This document shows positions 1 through 12,828 of a stretch of 64,000 nucleotides of DNA, one piece after another. The translations under genes and the position numbers were made by a program. The stretch covers positions 74,400,001 through 74,464,000 of the forward strand of contig NC_043008.1 in NCBI RefSeq assembly GCF_006345805.1, written 5' to 3'. The notes below the pieces were generated by a model, which worked only from the letters and a program-made list of their open reading frames with translations, was not told the origin of the DNA and searched no databases. Every line of letters starts with the position of its first letter. Positions within the stretch are counted from its first letter, which is position 1. Origin of the DNA: Octopus sinensis. Its lineage: Eukaryota.

Positions 1-2068
1 CTCCCTGAGGATTAGCTCTTTCGTCTCAGCTTTGGTTTTAATCTGCATATATTAAGGATAATATTTTGAAAATTAATATTATGTATTATTCATCTAGGAT
101 TTCATTAAAATTCTTCCTTTTAAACATGTATGATAAATGCACTTAATCAACATTTATGACCATCGTTAAACAGTTGTAGCTTTTTTTAGTTTTGTATTCA
201 ATGATTTAAAGAGAAAATATAGCTATCGTTTGTGCTAGTAAATTGATTTATGTGCATTTATGATGCTTTTTTAAATGGAATCCTTCACAAAGCCTATCTT
301 ATATTGCTTCCTGAATATTTATTTTCGCTGTGTATATTTAGTTTTGGTTTACACTACCATAGAATGTTCTACGATTGCTACTGCAATCACATGTCATACA
401 TAACACTTTGAAAACTAACCTAAAACATTGTGTATAGGATTTTCGTCATTATCTATTAGAATAAGACACTGTTAATAGTATAACATGGGAATCACCCTAC
501 CCTACACACACCTACACACATATTTACTGAAAAGATTTTAAGTGTTACTAACATAATGTAAATGTTCACATGTAAGCTGCAAATACTATAATAGTTGTCA
601 CCTACGCCAGACATCTACTCCCTTTTATAGAAGCTACCTATGCATGTCCTGCACAGAACCATCAGGTTTCATTATATGTACACACATAAAACTACATTAG
701 ATGGGATAACTCAAGAAACGGTAGCAGAGGGTTTTATCAAATAACGCTATTGAAATAGTATTCATCATAAAATAACACAGCTGAATAGAAAACAGAATAA
801 TCATTGCAGAGAATGTTTTCAACAGAATATACATTACACAGAATGGAATCATTTATATTATGGGTTGGTTTCAGAGAATGAGAATGAACCAAGAGAATGA
901 AGCGAGTTAGATATTGTTGAAAGTTATATAGGGTCATATTGTTGATGTTATTTAACCCACGATCAAACCTTATCGAGCAAACTATAATAAAAGAAGTCCC
1001 TCTATTTTATTCAGACACAGTGCAACTTGGGCGCGAATTCAGTTTAATTCAGTAAATCGGTTAAGTTGTTAGGGCGTTGGATAGAATGATTAACAGCATT
1101 TCTTCTGACTCCTCACAAGCTGAGTTCAAATCCTACCTTTCGTCTGTCAGGGTTGATTAAGGAAAGTACCTCTCTAGGCGGTTGGTTGTTGGAACTATGA
1201 GAACATTGGAATGGATAATTTGCGGTATTTGTTCTTGCTGTTTGTTTAGTGAGTTCAAATTCTGTCGTGACCTACGTTGATTTTGGATTTAATATGTCAC
1301 CTACACGTATTCAATCAGTCAAGTCGGGCCTCTAATTTAAGGATATCAGCCTCCCGCTACACCAGAGGCCTCGTAAAGGTTCATGGTCACAGCCATGACT
1401 AAAAGATAATAAAATGATTGGAGAGTATGAATTGAGAGATTCGCCCATTGTCCCTAAGAGGTTAAAGTGATGGCGATATGATTTATAGTATTATGATGAT
1501 ATCATTCATCATAAAAACTGATGTCACCAAAGATGTACTTCGCTCATCCTGACACATGTTGCTGGCCATTATTTTAGTTAATTATCTTCCGAATTTCTTT
1601 GTTAGATATCGTAAAATGAAAACTGAATAGTATTTATTAGTTTATTCTCTCATTTATGTTATAAACATGGAAACGAGAAACACCATCTACCTTAACAATG
1701 ATAACACTATCTCGAAGACAAACTTCATAATCGAGGAAAATGCAGAGAAATATTTAAATGAAATTTACAGTGAAACACAAACTTTTTTCAAAGCTACCTC
1801 TTATTAGTAAATTCACATGACTTTCACCCTACAAAATAGCAATAAAAATTATTCAATATCCAGAATATTGTACGAATAGGGATTTTCATACAATCCCCCA
1901 AATCCTTTTGTATTAGAACTAAATAAGTTGGAAAAATCTATTGTATTATATTGATTTAAAATGAGGTTTATGATAGAAAATAGAGATGATATGATTTTAA
2001 ATTATGATTATAAACACATACATACATCTCTCTCTTTCTCTCTCTCTGTCTATATATATATATATGTG

Positions 2069-2112
<44 letters not shown>

Positions 2113-2140
2113 ATATATTCATATATACATATACATACAT

Positions 2141-2182
<42 letters not shown>

Positions 2183-2522
2183 ATATATATATAATATATT
2201 AAATTAGAGATAAAACCACTATTAGGCAAATCAAACAGTGAAAATCATAAGCCAATAGATAGAAAAATTAATTTAAAAATATAAGATATAAATATAAAAA
2301 ATATAAAATATAAAATTCCAAATTAAAATATTTAAATTAAAGTTAAAATTTTTAAAATTATTTAAATAATTTACACTTATAAATTTTAAATATATATATA
2401 TATTTATTATTATTATTTTATTATTTTATTTTATTTTATTTATTTATTTATTTATTTATTTTTTGTAAATTATATAACTATCAAAAAGTATTAAAAGTTT
2501 AATATAAGATAAATAGTAAAAA

Positions 2523-2616
2523 CACTACGATCGTTTCATGCCCATAACCAATTCGAATAACAATAATTTAAATTCAATTAATAATTCGAATTATGGTTAC
2601 TGTCAATCTTCAGGTT
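2523..2616 (-). ncRNA. Degenerate type I hammerhead-like motif
   Basis: Minus strand: CTGAAGA (2613-2607), long stem II (TAACCA..ATTCGAAT / ATTCGAATTGGTTA), T, GAAA, palindromic CGATCG, TA (GUA site). Stem I is only about 2 bp. Confidence 0.45.
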
Positions 2617-3319
2617 AATTGTAATATTTTCATAAGTAAACAGAAATATTTAAACAATATTTTTAAGAAATAAATATTATAATAATTTTACTTATAAAAA
2701 ACTCTATTATCAAACTAGAAACTTAACGATTATGATTAAATCAAAACATCAATTATAATGGTAAATATTAATTTTAATTTTTAAGTATTAATTTTTAAGG
2801 TAAGAAACCCACAAATAGTCTAATATCAGTAATAGTCAATATCTAATTACATAAATATTTTACAAAAAAACTATTATATTATCAAAAATAAATAATATAT
2901 AAATTATCAATGAAAATATATAAATGTATATAAATATTATAATTAAGATCTAAAATAATCTCTATAAATATATATATGCATATATAATAAAGACCTATCA
3001 ATTAATTTTTCATATTTAAAGATGAAATAGCTAATTTCAAAAAAGCAAACAAACAATCTTAAACGAACGCTATATCAAATTAACTATCTTTATATCTCGT
3101 TAGCTAAAGAATAACTTTCAGAAATCTTATATTTAAAATACTTAAAGAAATAATCAATTCGTATATATATAGTATTAAATAAATACTATAAATATATTTA
3201 TCAATGGGAATAATAAATCAAGCGAATATCAATTTAAAAAGACAATAGATAAGTTAAAATAATAATTATAAGAAATTTAAAACTACAATTAATGCTATTA
3301 ATACATGTATATACATAGA

Positions 3320-3978
3320 CCTAACTTCAAACAACTCGTATACTTGCTATCAAACAACATATCTGTCGCTAAGTAAATTCTTACGAATAAACTTAAAGTT
3401 AATTAATAATTATATAGAAAATTACGATAATTAGATCATTACATAAACGACGATATTTACATAAAAAGCAATATTATTACTCCATAAGACTTATAAAATA
3501 TAAAAATTCAAAGATCTTAAAAATAAATATATATATACTTAGCTTAGCGAGGTCTTGTGATGAACTAAAATTTTGAATCGGAAAACCTCTTTACAGCGTT
3601 TATAAGAATACTCGTGGAATTACGTTATGAGCAAAATAGAATGAATTGTTGAAGAATACGCTTTATCAATGAAGATTGTGAATGGGAACAGTTATGGTTT
3701 ATCAATAAATGTAAATAGAATGAAGTTACAGATAAAGAATAGAATCACTCTATACTATAAGATTTATTAAACCTAACTTCAAACAAGTCGTTTACTTGCT
3801 ATCAAACAACGTATCTATCGCTAAGTAAATTCTTGCGAATAAACTTAGAGTTAATATCGAATAATTATATAGAAAATTACGATGATTAGATCATTACATA
3901 AACAACGATATTTACATAAAAAAACAATATTATTACAACATAAGACTTATAAAATATTAAAATTCAAGATCTTAAATA

Positions 3979-4019
<41 letters not shown>

Positions 4020-4117
4020 GTTAGCATAGCGAGGTTTTGTGATGAACTAAAATTTTGAATCGGAAAACGTCTTTACAGCGTTTATAAGAATACTCGTGGA
4101 ATTAGGTTATTAGCAAA
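3320..4117. repeat. Diverged tandem duplication (period ~452 nt)
   Basis: CCTAACTTCAAACAA...GAATACTCGTGGAATTA occurs at ~3320-3637 and ~3772-4117, with many G/A differences. Confidence 0.85.
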
Positions 4118-4153
4118 AAATATATATCTATATATATTTATATATATATAATA

Positions 4154-4199
<46 letters not shown>

Positions 4200-5139
4200 T
4201 ATATATATTATATATATGAGTGTGTGTGTATGAAATGTATGTGTGTATGCCTCATTCTACATATTATATATGTATATGCTTATATAATATATATATAATA
4301 TATATATATATATATTATAATATACATACATATATATATATATATACATATGTATATATACATATATATATATATAATACATGACATATGTATATATATA
4401 TATACTGTTGTGTCTGGGGAGAGTCATTTTCTTTTTGTACCTTATAATTTAACATACTCACCGGTAAAATTTCCACTTACTCCTTAATTTTATTTTCCCA
4501 AAATTGTCGTTGTGTCTTGCAAATTTTCAATAGTCTTGACTCTCCGTTATTTACAATGCGTTCCTTTTTGTTCGTTTGTGTGCATGTGTGTGGGTCTCTG
4601 TGTGTGTGCCTATGCATTCATGATTGTATGTACGTGTGTATGTATGTGTGTGCATCTGTATGTATGTATTCTGCATTTTCATGTGCTTGTATGTCCGTGT
4701 TTGTGTATTTTTTATGTATGTGTGTATGTGGGTGTGTTTACATATGCATGCACCTCTGTCTCTTTGTTTGTGCATGTCTGTGTGTGTGTGTTTTGCAACT
4801 ATGTACCATGTTTGTATGTATGGATGTGCATCTCTATATGTGTGGGTCTGTGTTTCCATATGTGTCCTTGTGTGAAGTAAAGTGTGTGTGTATATATGGT
4901 TATGTGTTTCAGTCTCCATTTGCGTATGTGTGTGTGTCTGTTCATATAACCTATGTACTTATCCGACTGTATGTTGATCTGTTTATTTTCATATCCATAA
5001 GCTTCCATACATGTACATATACACATATATACCCTCACACGCGCGCGCGCATACATCCATCTATCTACATAACAGGCCACTAACTATTCTACTCTACCTG
5101 TGTAAACTTTGAGTATGGGGGTATGATATCTACTAGGAA

Positions 5140-5308
5140 TATTTCCTATTTAGTATTGTGAAAGTTTTATTTATAAGGACGTACTCCCGTATTTGTCTGA
5201 GTGTTGGGCCATTTGGGTACTTGGATAAGATGCGGATGTCAAGTTGACTCAAGCTGCCTCCATGATGGTCTTTGGCATGTTGGTAGTGTATGGAGGACGG
5301 TTTTTTGT
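5140..5308 (-). mobile_element. PLE endonuclease C-terminal fragment
   Basis: Minus-strand translation SSIHYQHAKDHHGGSLSQLDIRILSKYPNGPTLRQIREYVLINKTFTILNRK; similar to the fragment at 55.6-55.9 kb. Confidence 0.6.
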
Positions 5309-5750
5309 CGTCATAAACTGACCACAGTCAGTCTACCCTATGTGAAAAACATCTCCGAAAAGATACAAACGATATACGGCCCATATGATATCAGGACAGT
5401 ATTCAAGAGTAATACAACACTTCGCAAATATCTCCTTCATGTAAGACCACCAATAGGAGAGAATATGACGAAAGACTGCGTGTACTCCATCCTATGCAGC
5501 TGTGCTAGGCTATACAACGACGAAACATGTCATCCCCTTAAAAATAAGGGTAGAGGAAGATCGCAAAGCTGTGACACAAGGAGATATTTCTAAATCGGGT
5601 ATTCTTGATCATGTATGGGAAAACAGAGACCCCTGTGGGATAAAGTTAAAATAATAGACAGAGAACACCACTGGAAAATACGAAAACTAAAAGAAGCAGT
5701 ACATATGATAGGACATAATAACCTAAGCAGACCGAATGCAGATATGAGTA
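5309..5750 (+). mobile_element. PLE 3' coding fragment (linker plus GIY-YIG region), frameshifted
   Basis: ORF track: VSLPYVKNISEKIQ..DIRTVFKSNTTLRKYL..KDCVYSILCSC and WDKVKIIDREHHWKIRKLKEAVHM, typical of the Penelope C-terminus. Confidence 0.85.
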
Positions 5751-5756
5751 TATATA

Positions 5757-5827
<71 letters not shown>

Positions 5828-5979
5828 ATATATTATATGTATATATATGTACATATTATATATATGTATATATATATATGTTATATATATATATATACAT
5901 ATATATATGTATGCATATATATATGTATATATATAATACATATGTGTATATATATATATATATAGTATATATATATGTG

Positions 5980-6022
<43 letters not shown>

Positions 6023-6491
6023 GAATACTCATCATGCAAACGCAATTTTTTTTTAATGAAGAGTGATACGGATTTTAGGTTTAACACTTTTTGCCACGCA
6101 ATCACATAGCTATTGTCATTAATCAAGTGAATTCTTTGTTTGTGTAGTGACACAAATCACATCCATTTCTTTAAACCTCCGCCTTACTTCGTCTCAAGTA
6201 CTATATTTTCTACAGCTAATTTACATTCTTTCACAGATATTAATATTGAGCTTTTCAAATGAATTCCAAAGATGACGAATTATCCCAATCTCCGTACAAC
6301 ATCTGAATTCTTCTTCTTTCAGATTACACAAAGATGTCTGCGTGTCATTCAAAAGGAATCCAATGTATAAGTCATAAATTGTGGAGAAAAAGTATTTTAC
6401 TCAAACTGAGAAATTATTTTAGCATGTGAGTGGGGAGGAAAGTAGTTAATTTTCTATTATTTAAATTTGTATTCCACTGAATGCATTTTTG

Positions 6492-6524
<33 letters not shown>

Positions 6525-6541
6525 TTCTCCACTCTCATATC

Positions 6542-6596
<55 letters not shown>

Positions 6597-6601
6597 TAAA
6601 T

Positions 6602-6770
6602 AGGCACAGGAGTGGCTGTGTGGTAAGTAGCTTACTTACCAACTACATGGTCCCGGGATCAGTCTCAATGCTTGGCATCTTGGGCAACTGTCTTCTACAA
6701 TACCTTCGGGCCGACCAAAGCCTTGTGAGTGGATTTGGTAGACGGAAACTGAAAGAATCGCATATGTGTG
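6602..6770 (+). mobile_element. tRNA-derived SINE, family A (head only)
   Basis: GGCACAGGAGTGGCTGTGTGGTAAG...GTGAGTGGATTTGGTAGACGGAAACTGAAAGAA; matching copies at 43.9-44.3, 47.9, 50.4-50.8, 61.0 and 62.0-62.3 kb. Confidence 0.85.
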
Positions 6771-6783
6771 TGTGAATAAAAGA

Positions 6784-6863
<80 letters not shown>

Positions 6864-6864
6864 A

Positions 6865-7250
6865 TATCGTAGTACTCCGTCGATTACGACGATGATATTT
6901 CCAGTTGATCCGATCAATGGAACAGCCTGCTCGTGAAATTAACGTGCAAGTGGCTGAGCACTCCACAGACACGTAGTATTCTTAACGTAGTTCTCGGGGA
7001 GATTCAGAGTGATAAAGTGAGTGAGTTCTGAAATAAAGGTACCACTGAAACAAGAAGAAAGAGTGAGAGAAAGTTGTGGTGGAACAGTAGAGCAGGGTTT
7101 GCCACCATACCTGCTGGAGCCTCGTGGAGCTTTAGGAATTTTCGCTCAATAAACAATCATAAGCCTGGTCTGGGAATTGAAACCGCGTCCCTATACCCTA
7201 CGACCGCGATTCCGCTGCCCTAACCACTGGGCCATTGCGCCTGCATGCAT
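6865..7250 (-). mobile_element. tRNA-derived SINE, family C
   Basis: Minus strand starts GCAGGCGCAATGGCCCAGTGGTTAGGGCAGCG...GGTTTCAATTCCCAGACC (A/B-box-like). A degraded tail homologue sits at ~16760-16870. Confidence 0.7.
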
Positions 7251-7341
7251 TATATATATATATATATATATATAATATTATATATATATATATATTATAT
7301 ATATATATATATACATATATATATACCATATATATATATAT

Positions 7342-7375
<34 letters not shown>

Positions 7376-7376
7376 G

Positions 7377-7430
<54 letters not shown>

Positions 7431-7536
7431 TATATATTGATAAAAACGGTAAGATAACAAAAGAAAGAAAGAGACCTCAATATTATGTAAATAGAGGAAA
7501 TTTATCTATACAATATGTTACATTACTCGGTAGTCA

Positions 7537-7599
7537 AGATAAAACTCTGAGTTTCAGATGCCGAAGTGGAAATCCACAACACCATCTCTTCGGTTATCT
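7537..7599 (-). ncRNA. Degenerate hammerhead-like motif
   Basis: Minus: AGATAA-CCGAAGA-GATG..CATC-T-GAAA-CTCAGAG-TT-TTATCT. Stem I is 6 bp; U4 is C; extra U before G12. Lies downstream of a PLE-like ORF end (NTELFGSCPH, ~7840-7870 minus). Confidence 0.5.
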
Positions 7600-7949
7600 G
7601 GCTATTTGAAAACGTTATGAAAAAATACCGTTAAAAATGAAGGGAAATTACTCTGTTATAACTCTGCTTTGCCTGCGTACTTATACATCGCTCGCATTTT
7701 TCGTCATAAAAATTATATAAAAATACATAAAAATATATAAAAATATATAAAAATATATAAAATCTTCTGGGACATAACACAGAAAGCATGTTCTATCCGT
7801 TTTCTTTAGGGGACCAAAAACGTAACAGAATTAGTCACATGTGGGCATGATCCGAAAAGCTCTGTATTTATATATGTGTGTATGTATGTATATGTATATG
7901 TATTGGCTAAAATGGCAAAATTAATCATTCCGAAATATAACAATATATA

Positions 7950-7982
<33 letters not shown>

Positions 7983-8001
7983 ATATCTATGTATATATTT
8001 A

Positions 8002-8034
<33 letters not shown>

Positions 8035-8259
8035 GTATAATATATATTAATATACATATACAATATATGTATATAATATATATATGTATATATAATATAA
8101 TATGTATATATATATATATATATATAATAATAATATGTATATATATATATATACAAGGGAGTCAGAGAAAGCAGAATGCTACTATATCTGAACACTACTA
8201 CAGAAATATTCTTTTAAAAAAACTTTTCTTCTAATTTTTCTAAATTAATTATTTAATCG

Positions 8260-8303
8260 TTACAGTTGAAAAGGTCTCAAAATGACCGAAACCGGTACTG
8301 AAA
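8260..8303 (+). ncRNA. Minimal type I hammerhead ribozyme with U3-A8 core
   Basis: TTACAG-TTGAAAA-GGTC-TCAAAAT-GACC-GAAA-CCGG-TA-CTGAAA: stem I CAG/CTG (extendable), 4-bp stem II, palindromic stem III, GUA site. Confidence 0.75.
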
Positions 8304-8374
8304 GATTCACTATAAATTATCTTAGCATTTTCTATTTTTGACTTGGTTTTTCATATATATATATATATATATTA

Positions 8375-8405
<31 letters not shown>

Positions 8406-8529
8406 ATAATATATATATATATATTATATATATATAATATAAATATATATATATATCATATATATATCATATATACATATACATATCATATACAGATACA
8501 TATACATATATACACACATACATTTTTAG

Positions 8530-9180
8530 AAAAATCCGCTTCTCTAGCCACGTTTCATTTCTCAGTCGCTGCTTACATCACTGCCTCATCCTTAAAGGTT
8601 TCCGCCTGCATGTGCACCCTACTCTCCACTCTGCTTCATCTATTCTACCCATACACCGTACCACATCTTACCGCCTTATGCTTGCCACCATTCGCTCCAA
8701 TCTCTCTAAAATACATACCATCGACCGCCTTCTCCCTCCTGCTTTTTCCATCTTTTTCTCCTCTCTGCGGCCCTTACATTCTCACAACACGTTGCGTTAT
8801 ATAATTGATTTAAATCATCTCTTTCATCAATTTCTTGCCAACACCAAACTTCGTAAACTCCACTCACTCCTCCATTCCATCACACCCGATGCCACTACCC
8901 CAACTCCTCCACTACCCTTCTCCCTCCCTGATAGGCTCCACCCACCCACAACCAACCCCACTGTTCCTCCAAACCCCCCTCACACATTCCCACTCCCTCC
9001 CCCCAGCCCTACCACCCCTCCTATCTCCACCCTATCCACACCTCCTACTTCTATTCCATCCGCCCCTTCTCCACTTCAGTCTGTTGTTACCATTCCCTCA
9101 GATCTTCCCCTCTCAGTGGCGGAGCGCTCCATCCTCTGTAGGAGTCTGCGTTTCATCCACCTCACTCCATCCTGTAAGTA
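8530..9180 (+). mobile_element. PLE N-terminal ORF fragment
   Basis: HVSFLSRCLHHCLILKGFRL and VVTIPSDLPLSVAERSILCRSLRF resemble Penelope ORF N-termini (LS.AE.SVL.KGL.F); truncated before the RT. Confidence 0.6.
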
Positions 9181-9254
9181 GTCGCCATGATAGATCGATA
9201 GCCACTACACACATTTTTTCTCTCCTTGTTTCTCTCCTTGTTTTTTCTGTGTCA

Positions 9255-9290
9255 CTTTCTGTAGAAGAGCGTAGTCTCGAAACGTGAAAG
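9255..9290 (+). ncRNA. Hammerhead-like motif, non-canonical core (copy 1)
   Basis: CTTT-CTGTAGA-A-GAGC-GTAG-TCTC-GAAA-CG-TG-AAAG; homologue at 30778-30814. Confidence 0.45.
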
Positions 9291-9463
9291 ACTTTTTCTA
9301 TTCCGGAGTGTTATACTAATACATCTGTTTGTTTTGAACACCACCTGTCTTCGTCTTTTGTTTTTTTTTTTGTAAACTCTCCCTATATATATATATATAT
9401 ATACTTGTTTTCAGAATGAGAAGAAACACAAGACTGTGAAGATCTTAGAACATTTATAAATAG

Positions 9464-9512
9464 GTCTTACAGCTGTTTCCAGGATATTTATTATATCTCT
9501 TCATTCGGAGAC
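9464..9512 (-). ncRNA. Degenerate hammerhead-like motif downstream of the 10.6-12.4 kb PLE
   Basis: Minus: GTCT-CCGAATGA-AGAGATA-TAATAAA-TATCCT-G-GAAA-CAGCTG-TA-AGAC. Stem I 4 bp, palindromic stem III, GUA site, core disrupted. Confidence 0.55.
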
Positions 9513-10559
9513 GGCACGAGAAGATGGTTAAGCAATTGTTAATTTAGATAAGATACGAATTAGAGAGTGAAGTGAAGGGATGGAAATAGATGTGAGATAT
9601 GCAGGGATATTGCATTTGTAGATCCTTTATTTAGGCAGAATAGTATACATATAAGATTACAGTACATTATAAGTAAAATCCAATAGTATCTAGAATCGGT
9701 CATTCCAAGTTTAGAGTTTGTATACAGTATTGAATCAAGGATTTTATTTAAAGTGACCTAAAAGTAAGGAATGTATTTGTAAGGTCAAATCGAAAACAGG
9801 AAGAGAGGAATAAAGAAAAGAGAAAAAAGAGAAGAAAAGAGAAGAAAAAGAAGGAAAAACAGGAAGAGAGGAATAAAGAAAAGAAAGAATAAAAGAAAGC
9901 AGAGAAACAAGGAGATAGATAATAAGGGAAAGTGTACTAGTTAGTGGTCAGTCAAGATCATTTGAAATTAGGAATGGGGAGATGAGGGTGATAGAGAGAG
10001 AAAGGTATTACAGTGTAAAAATATAGAAGGAATGGTGGGTGATAGACAGGTATAAAAAGTAAAGGAGTGTCAGTTATGTAGTGAGAGAGTCTAAGTGATG
10101 GCGCAGAGAGAGAGAGAGAGAGAGGGGTAGTAGTATGGAATGAAGAATTTAAGAATATAGATTAGGTGGCTGGACAGGTCAGTGATTAGTAGCAGAATAA
10201 AATATGTGAAGATGTATACATATGTATACATTATACATGTATATATATATTTTTACAGATGTTTATACATGTCAATATCTACATATACAACTCGTACTCA
10301 TGTGTATATGTACACATGCACACCCATATATACGTGTATCTGTATGTATTGTCATCCCTCTATACGCAGGTATACATACCTTGCATACATACATACATTC
10401 ACACATACACACATACACACATACACACACACGTACACATACACGCACGTATGCATGAACGCTTATACACACGAATATAATTAGATGGTTATGATATTCG
10501 AGTATGAGTGAGGAATTAGATGGGGATTAAGAGTTAAAATGTAGATTTATAAGGTTATT

Positions 10560-12420
10560 GGGATTACCTAAGAGGTATTGTGGAAATATACTGTATGGTC
10601 ATTAGGCATTTGGATTTGTGGTAGAATTTGAATGTTTTTAAAAAGCGGTGGTTGCATGTGCTTAGTACCTCATTATGTTCATTTAGCAGTGCTGGAGTGT
10701 TGTGCTTTAATATGTGAAGTGTCTCCTTCAGGCAAAGTTTGCAGGTTGAGCGTTGACCTCGGTAAGGAAGCCCTGAGTCTAGTATGGGCCATGATAGAGT
10801 ATAGAGTATATTTGTATTTTTGAGATGATGTATGTGGTTGGCGAGTGTTGTAGATTTACTATGTTTATCGTATCTACAAGAATGGAGGTGAGTGGCATAT
10901 CGTTGCTTAAAATGTTTGGTTGATTTTTATGTATATGGCGGTAGAGTTGTGTAATAGATTAAGGACAGTGCATTTGTAAATTACATTATCTCTTCTGCAA
11001 TGGTTTTGTAATGGGCAGATGGTTCCAGGACGGCAATTAGAATTAGGTGAATTTTGGGGACTATGTTCAGGAATAGATGAGGTAATATCATCAGAGGAGA
11101 GATTAGAGAAGTGGGGTAGAAGATTCTATATTATTAGTATTATTAACGTTATCATTACCACCATTGCTATTATTATTGTTGTTATTAATTGTACTATTTG
11201 TAAGGGTGATATAGATTGTGGTGGTGTTCTGGATAATGTCAGTAGGATGGTTTGGGTTGTGGTTGTTGTCTAATGCAAGGGTATCTATGCTGGAGCTGTG
11301 TGTGTTGTGTGTTTATATCACTAGAGTTGTAGTTATGTGAGTGTTGATAGTAAAGAGAAAGCTTTTGCTTATTAGAGGCTGCTACAATATATTCGAAGTT
11401 GGGTGAGGTAGAATAAGATAGTTTCAGGGTGGTTCGATAAAAGATAGAATGATATTTATGCTGCCGAGGAAAGTTAGAGTCTGGTATTTTAGTAAAGAAT
11501 TTAGCTAAGTACTTAACGTTCAGCGAAAATGGGGGGTGTACCATTGAATAGATCATCAGCCGCTTTTTTAGGGGGTCTGGGAGTAGTGCCATCCAAGTTT
11601 TTAGATAAAGCAGTGCTATCTATATTCTTGGGGAAGGTATGTGGGTGGCGAGGCCTGTTGTTGTTAGCTGTTTTAGTTGTTTTCGTTTTAGACCTAGTGT
11701 TAAATGAATGTTTGTGGGGTCTCGGTTGCCTAGGTGCAAGACCTTCTAGGGTTCCATCGACGAGTGTTTGTTGGTTGCGATTGTGATGGTTGGTACGAGT
11801 TTGAGATGTGATTTGTGATATGTATTGTTTGAGCCTGGTGTTATAGATGTATTCTATTTGTTGGGAAAAGCCGCTAGTGGCAGGTGCTTGATTATATGGT
11901 GCGTGATTACTGAAAATTTCCTTAGTAGAAGAGAGATCGGATATGCGGGTTGAGATGCCCTTGATTATGTTATCGAAAATGGATTTGTGGTGATTGGAGT
12001 GGATGCTATGGTATTTAAGATATTGGTTAGGTTTTTTGTAAGGGCAGTACTAGGAGGTTGATAAGTTTAAAGTTGTGTCAAGAAAGTTACCAGTTTGTGG
12101 GCGTTTTGGAATGTGATAGATAGGTTTAGGTAAGAGAAGAATTTATCTAGATCCTTTCTAGTTCTTTCCAAGGATGGTTTATTTATGCTTTTGGTAACTA
12201 ATAAAGCCTCATCCCTGTATAGACCTCCCTTGATGTTAGGGAAATGTATATAGAGCTGATGTAGTATATATAGTCCAACTAAGTCAGTGACCTGAGCTGA
12301 ATCAGATGATCCCATGGTTATGCCGAATAGGTTGCTATCGTTATTGCTATGGTTATTGGACCGGCACCAGAGTTTGCTTTCGTTATGGTTATTTTTAACG
12401 TGTATAAGACACCCTCTTTT
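10560..12420 (-). mobile_element. Penelope-like retrotransposon pseudogene, 5'-truncated (RT, thumb, GIY-YIG)
   Basis: LFGITMGSSDSAQVTDLVGLYIL..GGLYRDE (RT); HPPFSLNVK..HKYHSIFYRTTLKLSYS; CPLQNHC..NVIYKCTV near 10.98 kb. Many stops and frameshifts. Confidence 0.9.
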
Positions 12421-12555
12421 GTAAAAAATTAGGTTAAAAATATATGAGTTTGTTACACGTGGATAGTATTATAATTTCTTAAAAAAATTTAATTGCAAAT
12501 TTTAAGGCCCCAAAATTATGATGTTCTTTATACACGTTAAAATACATGTATATAT

Positions 12556-12627
<72 letters not shown>

Positions 12628-12728
12628 TGGAGTAAGCACATAAATGTGAAACAAGGTGGAAAAAAGAGTACTCCAATACCAGAGGTAGAGTAATAGCTTT
12701 TGTTATATTTCTGCTGCTTTTAAATAAA

Positions 12729-12781
<53 letters not shown>

Positions 12782-12828
12782 TTTATGAAAGAATGGAGTT
12801 GAACGACTTGTTAACAAATTTCCTTTAT

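Larger units (their letters stand above)
2200..4120 (-). mobile_element. Heavily degraded, extremely AT-rich Penelope-like element remnant
   Basis: The minus strand near 3545-3600 reads RGFPIQNFSSSQDLAK, resembling the PLE RT motif GIPMG...S.DLANL. An HHR-like motif lies downstream on the same strand (2523-2616). Flanked by (TA)n. Assignment is inference from weak motifs. Confidence 0.4.

Noticed and set aside
6323-6425. Possible exon; similar candidates at 21027-21057 and from 63690
   Set aside because: Splice-like sites are common in AT-rich DNA, phases do not chain with the 18281 candidate, and no recognisable peptide results.
9174-9264. GTAAGT...polypyrimidine...TAG as a PLE intron
   Set aside because: The homologous copy at 30.78 kb has TTG instead of TAG at the acceptor; there is no other support.
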